Source: Flavobacteriales bacterium
GTDB taxonomy: Bacteria; Bacteroidota; Bacteroidia; Flavobacteriales_F; PHOS-HE28
Assembly (NCBI GenBank): GCA_031411095.1
Contig: JANOAK010000023.1
Location: 13,896-77,895, forward strand
DNA: 64,000 bases
Reading direction: 5' to 3'
A model generated the notes under the pieces. That model did no database searches, was not told where the DNA came from, and saw only the letters and a list, made by a program, of their open reading frames with translations. A program made the translations under genes and the position numbers. This document shows, piece by piece, positions 48,628 through 57,894 of the stretch (positions within the stretch are counted from its first letter, which is position 1; every line of letters begins with the position of its first letter).

Positions 48628-50307
48628 CTACGCGAAATGGACCTTCAGCTCGTCGCCGAAATACTGCAACGCGTTCCGCACGCCCAGTGGAAGTCCGCCC
48701 CCCAAGGCGCAGAGCGAACCGATCTCCATGGTCTCGATCAGGTCGTCGAACAGGGCACGATCGATCTTTCGTCCGTGTACGCGCGCACCTTCGATCAATT
48801 CCTTGCCGCGAGTGGAACCGATGCGGCACGGGAAGCACTTGCCACAGCTCTCCAACGCCGTGAACTCGAAGAGATGCTCGAGGTATTTCACCATGGGGAA
48901 GTCGGCCGGGATCGATAGCACACTGGCATGGCCCAGCAGGAAGCCGTTCTTCTGGAAGCTCTCGAAGTCGATCCCCAGGTCATTGATCTTCGTAAGCGGC
49001 ACGATGCCGCCCAAGGGGCCGCCGATGTGTAAGGCTTTCGTCGGTCGGGCGAAGCCCTGTCCCATGTCATCGATGACGGTGCTCAACGGTGTTCCGCATT
49101 CCACTTCATACAGACCCGGACGCTTGAAGCCGCTGTCCAGGCACACGAGCTTGCTACCGTTGCTCTTCTCCGTTCCGAGCTTGGCGAAGGCCGCGCCGCC
49201 GTTTTTGAGCACCCAAGGGACACAGGCCAGCGTCTCCACGTTGTTCACCACCGTGGGGCGGTTGAAGAGGCCTTGTTGGGCGGGGTAGGGCGGACGTGTG
49301 CGCACCTCACCGCGTTTGCCTTCAATGCTGTTGAGCAGTGCGGTCTCCTCACCGCACACATAAGCGCCTGCGGCCTTGATCACCTTGAACCGGAAGTTCA
49401 CACCGCTTCCCTTGATGTTCGTGCCGATCCATCCTTTTGCCTCTATCTCGGACACGGCCTTCTTCACGATCTCCACCGCTTCGGGATATTCCGCACGGAT
49501 GTACAGCACGCCGGTGTCCGCACCCACGCAGAAGCCGGCGATCATCATGCCCAGCAATACCTGGTGCGGACGTTGTTCCAAGAGGTACCGGTCGCTGTAT
49601 GCACCGGGGTCACCTTCGTCCGCATTGCACACGATGTACTTGCGCGGCGTGCCGTTGCCGGTGAGATCCTGCGCATCCCGACAGGCCTGCAGCTTGAAGC
49701 CCATGGGGAATCCAGCACCACCCCGCCCGCGGATGGTCGCGGTCTTGATCTCGTTGAGCGCATCCGAGGGATCGCCTTTCAGCACCTGCTCCCACAGCGC
49801 ATAGAACGCATCGAGCGCGGGCATCGGTGCCGTGAGGATGGGTTGCGCCATGGACGTGCCCACATGATGACCATCCATTCCGTTGCGCTCTTCGCCGCTG
49901 ACGATCCGGTCCAAGCGATCGATCGCCTTGCCCGAATAGTTCACGTCGCCCACGTTGAACGCGCTGTTCTCGTGGCAACGGCCCAGGCAGCACATGTGGC
50001 CGATCTCCCCGGCGTTGAAATGCTTTGCCAGTTCATGATGCACCTTGTCCTGCGTTCCGGCCACCAGGCACGCACTGCCATTGCACACATACGCCTTGAT
50101 GCCCTGGTTCTCCTTCTTCAGGAAGTCGTAGAACGAACTGGTACCGAACGTCACCGCTTCACCGACAAGGAAGTCGTCGGCGATGGTGGTCAGTTCACGA
50201 TCGTCGGGTGTGCCGCTCTTCATCGCGGCCTGCTGCAGGCGTTCCCAAAGCGGGTCGTCGAGCTCCTTGCCATCACGGCCGGAGAGGGAGGAGATGTTCT
50301 TGCTCAT
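48628..50307 (-). CDS. NuoE-NuoF-like fused flavoprotein (NAD(H)-binding FMN subunit; formate-dehydrogenase beta / NADH dehydrogenase 51-kDa-like)
   Basis: N-terminal thioredoxin-like 2Fe-2S region, NADH/FMN motifs (GRGGAGFP, NADEGDPGAYSDR), SLBB and 4Fe-4S Cys cluster. Start at MSKNISS. Confidence 0.8.
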   Translation of the reverse strand: MSKNISSLSGRDGKELDDPLWERLQQAAMKSGTPDDRELTTIADDFLVGEAVTFGTSSFYDFLKKENQGIKAYVCNGSACLVAGTQDKVHHELAKHFNAGEIGHMCCLGRCHENSAFNVGDVNYSGKAIDRLDRIVSGEERNGMDGHHVGTSMAQPILTAPMPALDAFYALWEQVLKGDPSDALNEIKTATIRGRGGAGFPMGFKLQACRDAQDLTGNGTPRKYIVCNADEGDPGAYSDRYLLEQRPHQVLLGMMIAGFCVGADTGVLYIRAEYPEAVEIVKKAVSEIEAKGWIGTNIKGSGVNFRFKVIKAAGAYVCGEETALLNSIEGKRGEVRTRPPYPAQQGLFNRPTVVNNVETLACVPWVLKNGGAAFAKLGTEKSNGSKLVCLDSGFKRPGLYEVECGTPLSTVIDDMGQGFARPTKALHIGGPLGGIVPLTKINDLGIDFESFQKNGFLLGHASVLSIPADFPMVKYLEHLFEFTALESCGKCFPCRIGSTRGKELIEGARVHGRKIDRALFDDLIETMEIGSLCALGGGLPLGVRNALQYFGDELKVHFA

Positions 50308-50426
50308 GGTGGAGCCGAAGCCTCGGCGAAGGCGTGTGCATTCCGCGCCGCGAGAAAGGTGGCGGACGGGGCGGATCCCAAGGTAAGTCGCGCGGTTGAG
50401 GTACATCGTCCCGGATCAATTCCACA

Positions 50427-52121
50427 TTGCATTTCTTTGGCCTCATGCCTGCCTACCGGACCGTACGAACAGCCGACATAGCCGCGTTAAGGAAGCTGTT
50501 CACGAAGGGTGCGGCCGGTGCCGATCGTTCGGACCTGTGGAAGGCCGTGCAGGCAGGACGCATCCGCACCGCCCGCGCGCTCATGGACTACCACGACCTG
50601 CTGTTGTTCATCCAGGCCTTCCCTCCTGACGAAGTGGACCACAAGCGCGCAGGCGAGGAGTTGGAACGGTTGGCAGGGTTCGTCGGCCATCAACGGAAGA
50701 TCCGCGGTGGCCTGCACGAGGCATTGACCGATTCCGGCATCGCCGGTGCGCGCTCCTGCGCAAGCTTCGGCATCGACCTGGCGCGTTGGATGGTGGCCGA
50801 CGGAGGTGGCTCCGTGCGACTCGATTCGCTCATGGGCGAAGAGGATGCGATGCGTGCCGTATTGGTGGCAGCGGCACTCCCGGCGGAGGCGGATGCCATG
50901 GACCATGGCGGGTACAGCGTGCAGGAACGGATCCGCGAAGCATGCGCAGGTGATGATGCAGCGGCCCTGCGCTGGTTGGTGCGTGCGATCGACGACATGG
51001 GCTCAACACCTGCGCTGCGCAATGCCCTGTGGCAGGTGATGAACCCCATGCTGCTGATCAGTGCTCCACCGTCCTTCCTCACGCGTACGTTCTGCCGCGG
51101 CCTTTCAACCCCTGTGCATCCGTTCAGGCCCGGGGATCCGGTCGATCCGCAGCGCATCATCCGCACACCCTTGCCGCCACCGCGCGTGCTGAAGGGCGAC
51201 GAGCGGCTCACACTGGTGAACGCGGTGCGTGGCGCGTTGCTCGGCCATCTGCGCGAGACCGATACCACCACATTGTGCGTACCCGCCGCTGTGGAATGGC
51301 AGGAGCTGGGCGATGGCCTCGGTATGGCGCTGCTTCCCTTGCCCGCGGGAAGAAGAACGGCCTTCGATGATTACGTGGGGTATGTCCTTTTTTCGAATGC
51401 CGTGCCCGTGGCATACGGCGGCGCGTGGATCTTCCCCGGCAAAAGCAAGGTGGGCATCAATGTGTTCCCGGCGTTCCGGGGCGGTCCGTCCATGGGGCTC
51501 TTCGCCCGCATCCTGCAGTGCTACGCGCAGCGCTATGGTGTGGAGTGCTTCGAGGCGGAGAGCTACCAACTGGGCCATGGAAATGCCGATGGGATCCGCT
51601 CGGGCGCGTACTGGTTCTACTATCGTGCGGGCTTCAGGTCAGAGGATCCCCAGCTTGCCGCATTGGCGGAATCGGAGCGCGCGATCCTCGCGCGTGACCG
51701 CGGTCACCGTACGCCGGCCGCCACCTTGCGCGAACTGGTCGCGGGCTCCATGCGCTTGCACCTTTCGCAGGGCACGGCACCCGATCTCGAGCCCGGTGCG
51801 CTGAGCGAAGCCGTGTTGCAACATCTTGGCGGCATTCAACAAGGTGATCGTGGAGCGGCTGCCCGGCGTTGTGCGGAACGGGTGAGGAAGGCACTGGGGG
51901 TATCCGATCATCGCCAGTGGCCCATGGAGGAACAGCGCGCGTTCATCGACCTCGCACCCGCGATGGATCTGATCCCCGACCTGGCGAAGTGGACGGCGCA
52001 ACAGAAGCGCGCGCTGATCGCGTTGATGCGGGCCAAAGGGCAGCTCACGGAGGACCGTTACATCTCGGCTCTTCGCACACACAAACGCTTGATGTTGGCA
52101 TGGGCGAAGGCTGCGGAGTGA
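50427..52121 (+). CDS. Conserved hypothetical protein (564 aa)
   Basis: Long GC3-biased ORF. No family recognised. Confidence 0.5.
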   Translation: MHFFGLMPAYRTVRTADIAALRKLFTKGAAGADRSDLWKAVQAGRIRTARALMDYHDLLLFIQAFPPDEVDHKRAGEELERLAGFVGHQRKIRGGLHEALTDSGIAGARSCASFGIDLARWMVADGGGSVRLDSLMGEEDAMRAVLVAAALPAEADAMDHGGYSVQERIREACAGDDAAALRWLVRAIDDMGSTPALRNALWQVMNPMLLISAPPSFLTRTFCRGLSTPVHPFRPGDPVDPQRIIRTPLPPPRVLKGDERLTLVNAVRGALLGHLRETDTTTLCVPAAVEWQELGDGLGMALLPLPAGRRTAFDDYVGYVLFSNAVPVAYGGAWIFPGKSKVGINVFPAFRGGPSMGLFARILQCYAQRYGVECFEAESYQLGHGNADGIRSGAYWFYYRAGFRSEDPQLAALAESERAILARDRGHRTPAATLRELVAGSMRLHLSQGTAPDLEPGALSEAVLQHLGGIQQGDRGAAARRCAERVRKALGVSDHRQWPMEEQRAFIDLAPAMDLIPDLAKWTAQQKRALIALMRAKGQLTEDRYISALRTHKRLMLAWAKAAE

Positions 52122-52128
52122 GTGGTCG

Positions 52129-52299
52129 TCACTCAGCCGCTTCGTCGTCCTTGCGCTTTCGCGAGTAGCATTTCTTGCTCTCCACCTTCTTCACGCGAAA
52201 GCGGCCATCGAGCGCGCCCTGTGCTTTCTGTGCGGCCCGTTTCGCGGCGCGTTCAATGGCGGCGAGGTCGGCCTTGGTGTTGGGTTTCTTCTTCGCCAT
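52129..52299 (-). CDS. Possible small basic protein (56 aa, MAKKKPNTKADLAAIERAAKRAAQKAQGALDGRFRVKKVESKKCYSRKRKDDEAAE)
   Basis: ATG-to-TGA ORF not in the supplied track (<60 aa). Coordinates +/-1. Confidence 0.3.
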   Translation of the reverse strand: MAKKKPNTKADLAAIERAAKRAAQKAQGALDGRFRVKKVESKKCYSRKRKDDEAAE

Positions 52300-52436
52300 C
52301 ACGGTAGTGAAGATCGGTCGGTGCGAGTAAAAAAACAGGCTCTTTAGGTTTGATGTTCAAGAACTTAACTGTTACCTTTCTCAAGCATTTTTCAGTTAAC
52401 TCTCCAACGCCTGCGCCGGGCTACGGCGCTGACATC

Positions 52437-53426
52437 ATGAAAAAGTTGCTCAAGGTCCTGGCCGTGCTGCTCGGCACTGTGGCATTGGTCGTCGGCGGAG
52501 GTATCCTCTACATCACAAAGATGCTTCCCAACGTAAAGGTCCAGGAGGACCTCAAGGTGGAGTCAACCCCCGCGCGGCTGGAACGCGGGAGGTACCTGGC
52601 GAACAGCGTGTGCGTTTGCATGGATTGCCACAGTCACCGCGATTGGAATGCGTTCAGCGGACCGCTTATGCCCGGGACGTACGGCGTTGGCGGGGAGAAG
52701 TTCGATCGCTCGATGCAGTTCCCCGGTGAGTTCTACGCCAAGAACATCACACCCTTTGCCTTGAAGGACTGGAGCGACGGGGAGATCTACCGCGCCATCA
52801 CCAGCGGCATCAGCAAGGATGGTCATCCGTTCTTTCCGGTGATGCCCTATCCGAACTTCAACAGATTGGCAACGGAGGATGTGTACTCCATCATTGCCTA
52901 CCTGCGCTCCTTGGAACCGGTTGAGACCGCTACATACCCGGCTTCGGTCATGGACTTTCCAGTGAACATCATCATGCATACAGTGCCGGAACCCGCACAT
53001 CCGGTGGAGATGCCCAGACCAACGGACCCGGCCTACGGCGACTACCTGCTGAACGCAGCTTCCTGCGGTGAATGCCACACCAGACAGGAGAAAGGGAAGA
53101 AGGTGGGCGCCCCCTTCGCAGGTGGGTTCGAGTTCAACTTCCCCAACGGCGCCGTGGTGCGCTCCGCGAACATCACACCACACCCCACCGATGGCATCGG
53201 CGCCTGGGATAAGTCCGTCTTCATCATGCGCTTCAAGCAACATGCCGACAGTGGTTACGTAGCCCCCAAGATCGATTGGGCGAACGGTGACATGCAGACC
53301 GTGATGCCATGGACGATGTATTCCACGATGACCGAACAGGACCTCGGGGCCATCTACGATGCGCTGCGACGTCTACCACCGGTGGCAGGAAAGGTGGAGA
53401 AGTTCACACCAGCAGTACCGTACTAG
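52437..53426 (+). CDS. Diheme c-type cytochrome
   Basis: Signal peptide MKKLLKVLAVLLG. Two CxxCH motifs (CVCMDCH, CGECH). Confidence 0.75.
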   Translation: MKKLLKVLAVLLGTVALVVGGGILYITKMLPNVKVQEDLKVESTPARLERGRYLANSVCVCMDCHSHRDWNAFSGPLMPGTYGVGGEKFDRSMQFPGEFYAKNITPFALKDWSDGEIYRAITSGISKDGHPFFPVMPYPNFNRLATEDVYSIIAYLRSLEPVETATYPASVMDFPVNIIMHTVPEPAHPVEMPRPTDPAYGDYLLNAASCGECHTRQEKGKKVGAPFAGGFEFNFPNGAVVRSANITPHPTDGIGAWDKSVFIMRFKQHADSGYVAPKIDWANGDMQTVMPWTMYSTMTEQDLGAIYDALRRLPPVAGKVEKFTPAVPY

Positions 53427-53467
53427 TGGGCCGATGAGGGCATCTGTGGGGGAAGAAGTGTGAGCGG

Positions 53468-54256
53468 TCACTGCTCGTCGCTCATGCGCAATGCCGCTTC
53501 GCGCATGGCATGGGCGCGTTCCTTGCCCAGGTAGCGTTCCACCAAGGCATGCACCAGGTACACCACGGGCGTGGCCAGCACGGCGACGATGAGCTTATAG
53601 GTGTAGGCGGTGAGCACAAGGGCCGTGGCCAGCGGGAAGGACATGTCCTTGAAGATCCAGAAGGCCACGTAGGTCACCACCACGCTGTCGATCAACTGGC
53701 TCACAAGGGTGCTGCCCGTGGCGCGCAACCAGATGCGCTTGTCACCGGTGATGCGCTTGATGCCTCGGAAAATGAACGCGTCGAGCATCTGGCCGATGAC
53801 GAAGGCCGTGAGCGATCCCACGATGATGTTCATGCCCTGCCCGAAGATGCTGCTGAAGGCCGCCTGCATGTCGGGCACACCCTGCGCAGCGCTGCTGGTG
53901 ATCCACCAACCCTGGTCCGGTGGCATGTGGATGGCGAAGTACATCACCACGAAGGCGAAGGTGATGATCCCCGTGGTAAGCAACGTAAGGAAACGCACAC
54001 CGCGCACTCCGTAGTAGTCGTTGATCACATCGGTCATGATGAAGACGATGGGCCACGGCAGCACGCCTACGCTCAACACGAACGACAGATGCTGCTGCCC
54101 CAGCAGCGTGAAGTCGGCTTTTTGAATGCCGAGCAGAGCCTCCAGCTGGAAGAGCTTTACGCCGATCATTTCCGCGATCAACGCATTGGCCACGAAAAAG
54201 GCACCCAGGATGATGTACAACCGGGTGGACTTGTCGCGGAGGATGGAGTGGATCAT
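53468..54256 (-). CDS. Queuosine-precursor transporter (YhhQ / DUF165 family)
   Basis: Polytopic membrane protein with the conserved YhhQ N-terminus (STRLYIILGAFFVANALIAEMIGVKLF). Confidence 0.7.
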   Translation of the reverse strand: MIHSILRDKSTRLYIILGAFFVANALIAEMIGVKLFQLEALLGIQKADFTLLGQQHLSFVLSVGVLPWPIVFIMTDVINDYYGVRGVRFLTLLTTGIITFAFVVMYFAIHMPPDQGWWITSSAAQGVPDMQAAFSSIFGQGMNIIVGSLTAFVIGQMLDAFIFRGIKRITGDKRIWLRATGSTLVSQLIDSVVVTYVAFWIFKDMSFPLATALVLTAYTYKLIVAVLATPVVYLVHALVERYLGKERAHAMREAALRMSDEQ

Positions 54257-54337
54257 CGGCCTCCAAGGTAGAAGAAGCCTCAGCGTTCTCTTTCTTCAGT
54301 GGACCTCCTTCGAATGCGCCTGACCTGTTGATCGGCC

Positions 54338-55177
54338 TCAAATGCTTTGACGTACGTGGTCTCGCAGGCATATGACTCCGCCCGTCGGCCCCATCGCGTT
54401 CATCCCGAAGTCCACCTTCAGCGCCCCGTCGTTGGTCACACGTTTCCGGTAGGTCGCCAATGTGCGCAAGGGTTCCTTTCCGCGTTGGCCGGTGAACTGG
54501 TCGGTGGTGGTGATCACGCAACGCGAACAGGGCTTCACCAAGGAGAAGCGCGTGTCCCCAATGGTGATCTCTTTCCAACCATCCTCTTGGAACGCATGCC
54601 CACCCGCGATCACGATGTTCGGACGGAAACGATCCATGGGGACATGTGCCCATGTGCCCATGTGCGCATGTGCCCATGTGGTGCCGCGCGCGTTCAGGTC
54701 ATCCAACGATGCCTGCGAGATGATCAAGTAGGGAAAGCCATCGCTCAGCGACGTGATGCCCGACGCATATTTCATGTCCACCGGGCGACGCGAGGCCTCG
54801 GGCATGTATACCAACCTGCAAGGAACGCGAAGTCGTTCCGCGAACCAGGCGGAGACCTCCTCCGCCGCGGGTAACACATACACCAGGTCACCCCAGACGT
54901 GTGCCCGGCGTTCTTCACCATCGGCGATGGACCAAGGCAGATCGAAGGTCGATCCATCGCGGATGTCCGTCACGCGGAAACCGTTCGATAGTGGCGAGCA
55001 GTGCAGGCAGGCCATGGTCGGTACTTCGCGTTGCGTGAGGAATTGATCGGGACCGGTCACCAGCATCCAGCGCCGGTCATGTTCGAAACCACGGTCGGTG
55101 AGGCGCGCTGCATCCACGGAAAAGCCGCCGAGCGACTTGATCGGATATACATGCAGGGACGCGACCGAAAGCTCCAT
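54338..55177 (-). CDS. MOSC-domain protein (MOSC_N beta-barrel + MOSC)
   Basis: LHVYPIKSLGG N-terminus. Conserved Cys in KPCSRCVITT. ATGA overlap with the upstream cytochrome gene stop. Confidence 0.8.
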   Translation of the reverse strand: MELSVASLHVYPIKSLGGFSVDAARLTDRGFEHDRRWMLVTGPDQFLTQREVPTMACLHCSPLSNGFRVTDIRDGSTFDLPWSIADGEERRAHVWGDLVYVLPAAEEVSAWFAERLRVPCRLVYMPEASRRPVDMKYASGITSLSDGFPYLIISQASLDDLNARGTTWAHAHMGTWAHVPMDRFRPNIVIAGGHAFQEDGWKEITIGDTRFSLVKPCSRCVITTTDQFTGQRGKEPLRTLATYRKRVTNDGALKVDFGMNAMGPTGGVICLRDHVRQSI

Positions 55178-57147
55178 CAATGCGCACTGTTCACCACGCG
55201 AAGCAAGCGCTCGCCGGCGGCTGAATGCACCACAACGTTGTAGGTGCCGGCCACGTAGGGCAGCTGACACCACCATCCACCCGCGCGACGTCCGTAAGGC
55301 AGTTGGAGTGCACGACCAGCAGCGTCGAATACCTGTATGCCGGTAATGCCGGGGCCGTCGATGTACACGCGTCCATCGGTCGTGGGGTTCGGGAAGAGGC
55401 GAACCACTTGCGCGAGGTGATCGCCGATGCCCACACTGTTGTCCAGAAGGGTGTCCATGGCCACCAGCTCAGGGGTGCCGTCGGAACCATTGAGCATGGT
55501 GCGGAAGGTGTCGATGGCCGCGGTGTGGTGGCTGAACATCTCGGCGTTCCATGCGGGAGGCATGGGTTGGTAATACACGCGGGTGTTCAGCAACAAGGGC
55601 CCCGTGTAGCCATTGGTCGCTACGTGATAGCGCACGATGTCCGTGCCCGAGCCTTCGGTCCCCAGGGCATCGTGGTTGAAATCGATGTCGGCCGGGGACA
55701 CACCGGCGATCTGTGTGGTGTCGTAGCTCGGATGGGTGGTGCTGAAGCCAACAGGCACCAGGCGGTTGTCCTTCAGCGGTATGGCGGCGCGTTCGAGCAC
55801 GGTGGTCACATCGCCGTTCACATCGGCCATGACGAGTTCGTAGATCTGCACTTGGTCCGGCTGTGTGATCAAGTCATGATGCGGCTCGTATCCGGCATCG
55901 TGGCCGACCAGTTCATACGTGCTGTCCCATCGGCCACTTTGGAAGAGCGTATCGCCCAGTTCGGTGGTGGCCACGAGTTGCACGAAGGCGCGTCGGCTCG
56001 GGTAACCGCTGGGGAACTTGTGGCCCGCAAGGTTGGTGAGATGCACATGCACATAGGCGGTGTCGTCGGAACGGTCGGTCACGGACAACGCGACCTCCAC
56101 CGCACCTTGTAACGTGCGGAGCGTCCGGGAGATGGTGCTGTCGAAATGGACATCCGTGGCGGGGATGCCCAGCGCCTCGCGGTTGTCCTTCATCAACCGC
56201 AGCATGTGGGCGTTGGCCCCCACCAGGTGGTGCTGGCCGAAGGGGCTGTGGCCCGGAAGGAAGGCGTACTCGGAAGCAAGTACAACAGCGTCGTCGATGC
56301 GCGGGATGTGACATCCACGGCAGGACGTTTGTTCGTTCGCCGGGTAAACGCTGTTCTTCCATTCATGCCAGGTGGCCTGCTCCACGAATTGGCCGCCGGT
56401 GGAAGTGCCGGAAAGATCGAGGGTCTCCGTGATCAACGTGTGGCAGCCGGCACACACGCGTCCATCGAGGATGTGCGTACCCAGCCCGGGACGGAAGCCC
56501 ACGAAGAACTCCATGATGGCCGCGTTGATCTCGTCGTCCGGGTAAGGCCCATAGACACGTGCCGAATCGAAGTGGAGTTCACCGCTGAAGAAGTTTCCCG
56601 CACTATCGGGATCCTGCATGTGGCAGGCAAGGCAGCTCACCCCTTCTTTTCCCATCACGCTGGTATCCAACATGGCCAAGTTGAACGGAGCATGGCCGAG
56701 CATACGCTCCTCATGCATCCCCATGGGCGCATGGCAGCTCAGGCATTTGTTCTCGATGGCGATCTGGTGGCCGGGGTTCACCAGCACCTCGTGTTCGGCC
56801 TTGGCGCGGAAGAAGGGATCCCGGGCGCTGTTGGCCATCAGGGTGCTTCGCCAGTCGTCGGCCACGTTCACATCCACGCCATCGCTCGTTACCATGGCCA
56901 GGCCAAGGGTGTCGTGGCCGTGGCAACCGGAACATCGTCCGGCCGTGGCGAAGTACGCGCTGTACATCACGAACAGCCCGTCCTCGCTGCTGCGCATCGA
57001 GAGCATGTCCAGGGTGGAGTGGGGCCCGAATCGCGGTGCAGTCACCGCCGTCCAGCCGGTGAATAACACCACCAGCAGGGCCAACAGCAGTCCCACGCGT
57101 ATCCGTCGCCAGTGTGTGATCGGCCTTTGATCCATTTGTCCGCGCAA
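55177..57147 (-). CDS. Secreted multiheme (5x CxxCH) cytochrome c with T9SS C-terminal sorting domain
   Basis: CSGCH, CLSCH, CLACH, CAGCH, CRGCH. N-terminal signal/anchor. C-terminal ...LFPNPTTDGRVYIDG...IQVFDAAGR...YNVVVHSAAGERLLRV tail. Confidence 0.75.
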   Translation of the reverse strand: MRGQMDQRPITHWRRIRVGLLLALLVVLFTGWTAVTAPRFGPHSTLDMLSMRSSEDGLFVMYSAYFATAGRCSGCHGHDTLGLAMVTSDGVDVNVADDWRSTLMANSARDPFFRAKAEHEVLVNPGHQIAIENKCLSCHAPMGMHEERMLGHAPFNLAMLDTSVMGKEGVSCLACHMQDPDSAGNFFSGELHFDSARVYGPYPDDEINAAIMEFFVGFRPGLGTHILDGRVCAGCHTLITETLDLSGTSTGGQFVEQATWHEWKNSVYPANEQTSCRGCHIPRIDDAVVLASEYAFLPGHSPFGQHHLVGANAHMLRLMKDNREALGIPATDVHFDSTISRTLRTLQGAVEVALSVTDRSDDTAYVHVHLTNLAGHKFPSGYPSRRAFVQLVATTELGDTLFQSGRWDSTYELVGHDAGYEPHHDLITQPDQVQIYELVMADVNGDVTTVLERAAIPLKDNRLVPVGFSTTHPSYDTTQIAGVSPADIDFNHDALGTEGSGTDIVRYHVATNGYTGPLLLNTRVYYQPMPPAWNAEMFSHHTAAIDTFRTMLNGSDGTPELVAMDTLLDNSVGIGDHLAQVVRLFPNPTTDGRVYIDGPGITGIQVFDAAGRALQLPYGRRAGGWWCQLPYVAGTYNVVVHSAAGERLLRVVNSAH

Positions 57148-57894
57148 GTTAACCTGTTGCCTCAGGGCCTACGTGTAACGCCGGAATGGGTGGATCGGAT
57201 CGCCCCAAGCAGGAGCGGCCGCCCCGGTCATAGGGGAGGCCGTCCTTGCGGAAGGGAGATATCAATGGATCCTGAACGTGGTCGCGCACCTGTTCCCATG
57301 GACGTCCGCACAGGGGACGCCGTTGCCCCAGGAGAACTCAGCACCCGAAGGAGCATTGGAACATGTCGTAAGCTGCACCGTCACGTCCATCGGTCTGTAC
57401 CAGGATGCGCGCCAACCAGTGTGAGCCCAGCCAGCTGCCTGATGGCGAACAAGGTGCGTTGATAAGCCCGAACGGCGGTCACTTCCTTTCGCCCACGATC
57501 GCGTTGCTATCACATCGTGGAGCTCCGGTCCGGAAGTGCCATGCAGCGCTCGGTGACCACAACGGCGCGTTGGCGGTCGCACCCCTTGGTGCTGCGCTCA
57601 GGCCAATAGACAGAGCAATAGCATACACACCGTGGCCAAGGCCACCAGTCCCTCCGTGAACCCCACCCCCCGTTCCATGATCGTGCGCATTGCTTCGGTA
57701 TTCCGGCATTCAGACGGGCCAATGCCTATCGTGTCACTCATGATCCCGCGAAGGCCGTGCGCCCGCGGACCGTGATGATGCCGAGCATCTGCCGCCATGC
57801 ATCGAAAGGAGCCAGCCATCCTTCACGCACGGATCGTTGATGACCCACCGTTCTTACTCACGCCCCCGCTTTCCCCCCGTCTACCTTCGCCCGC

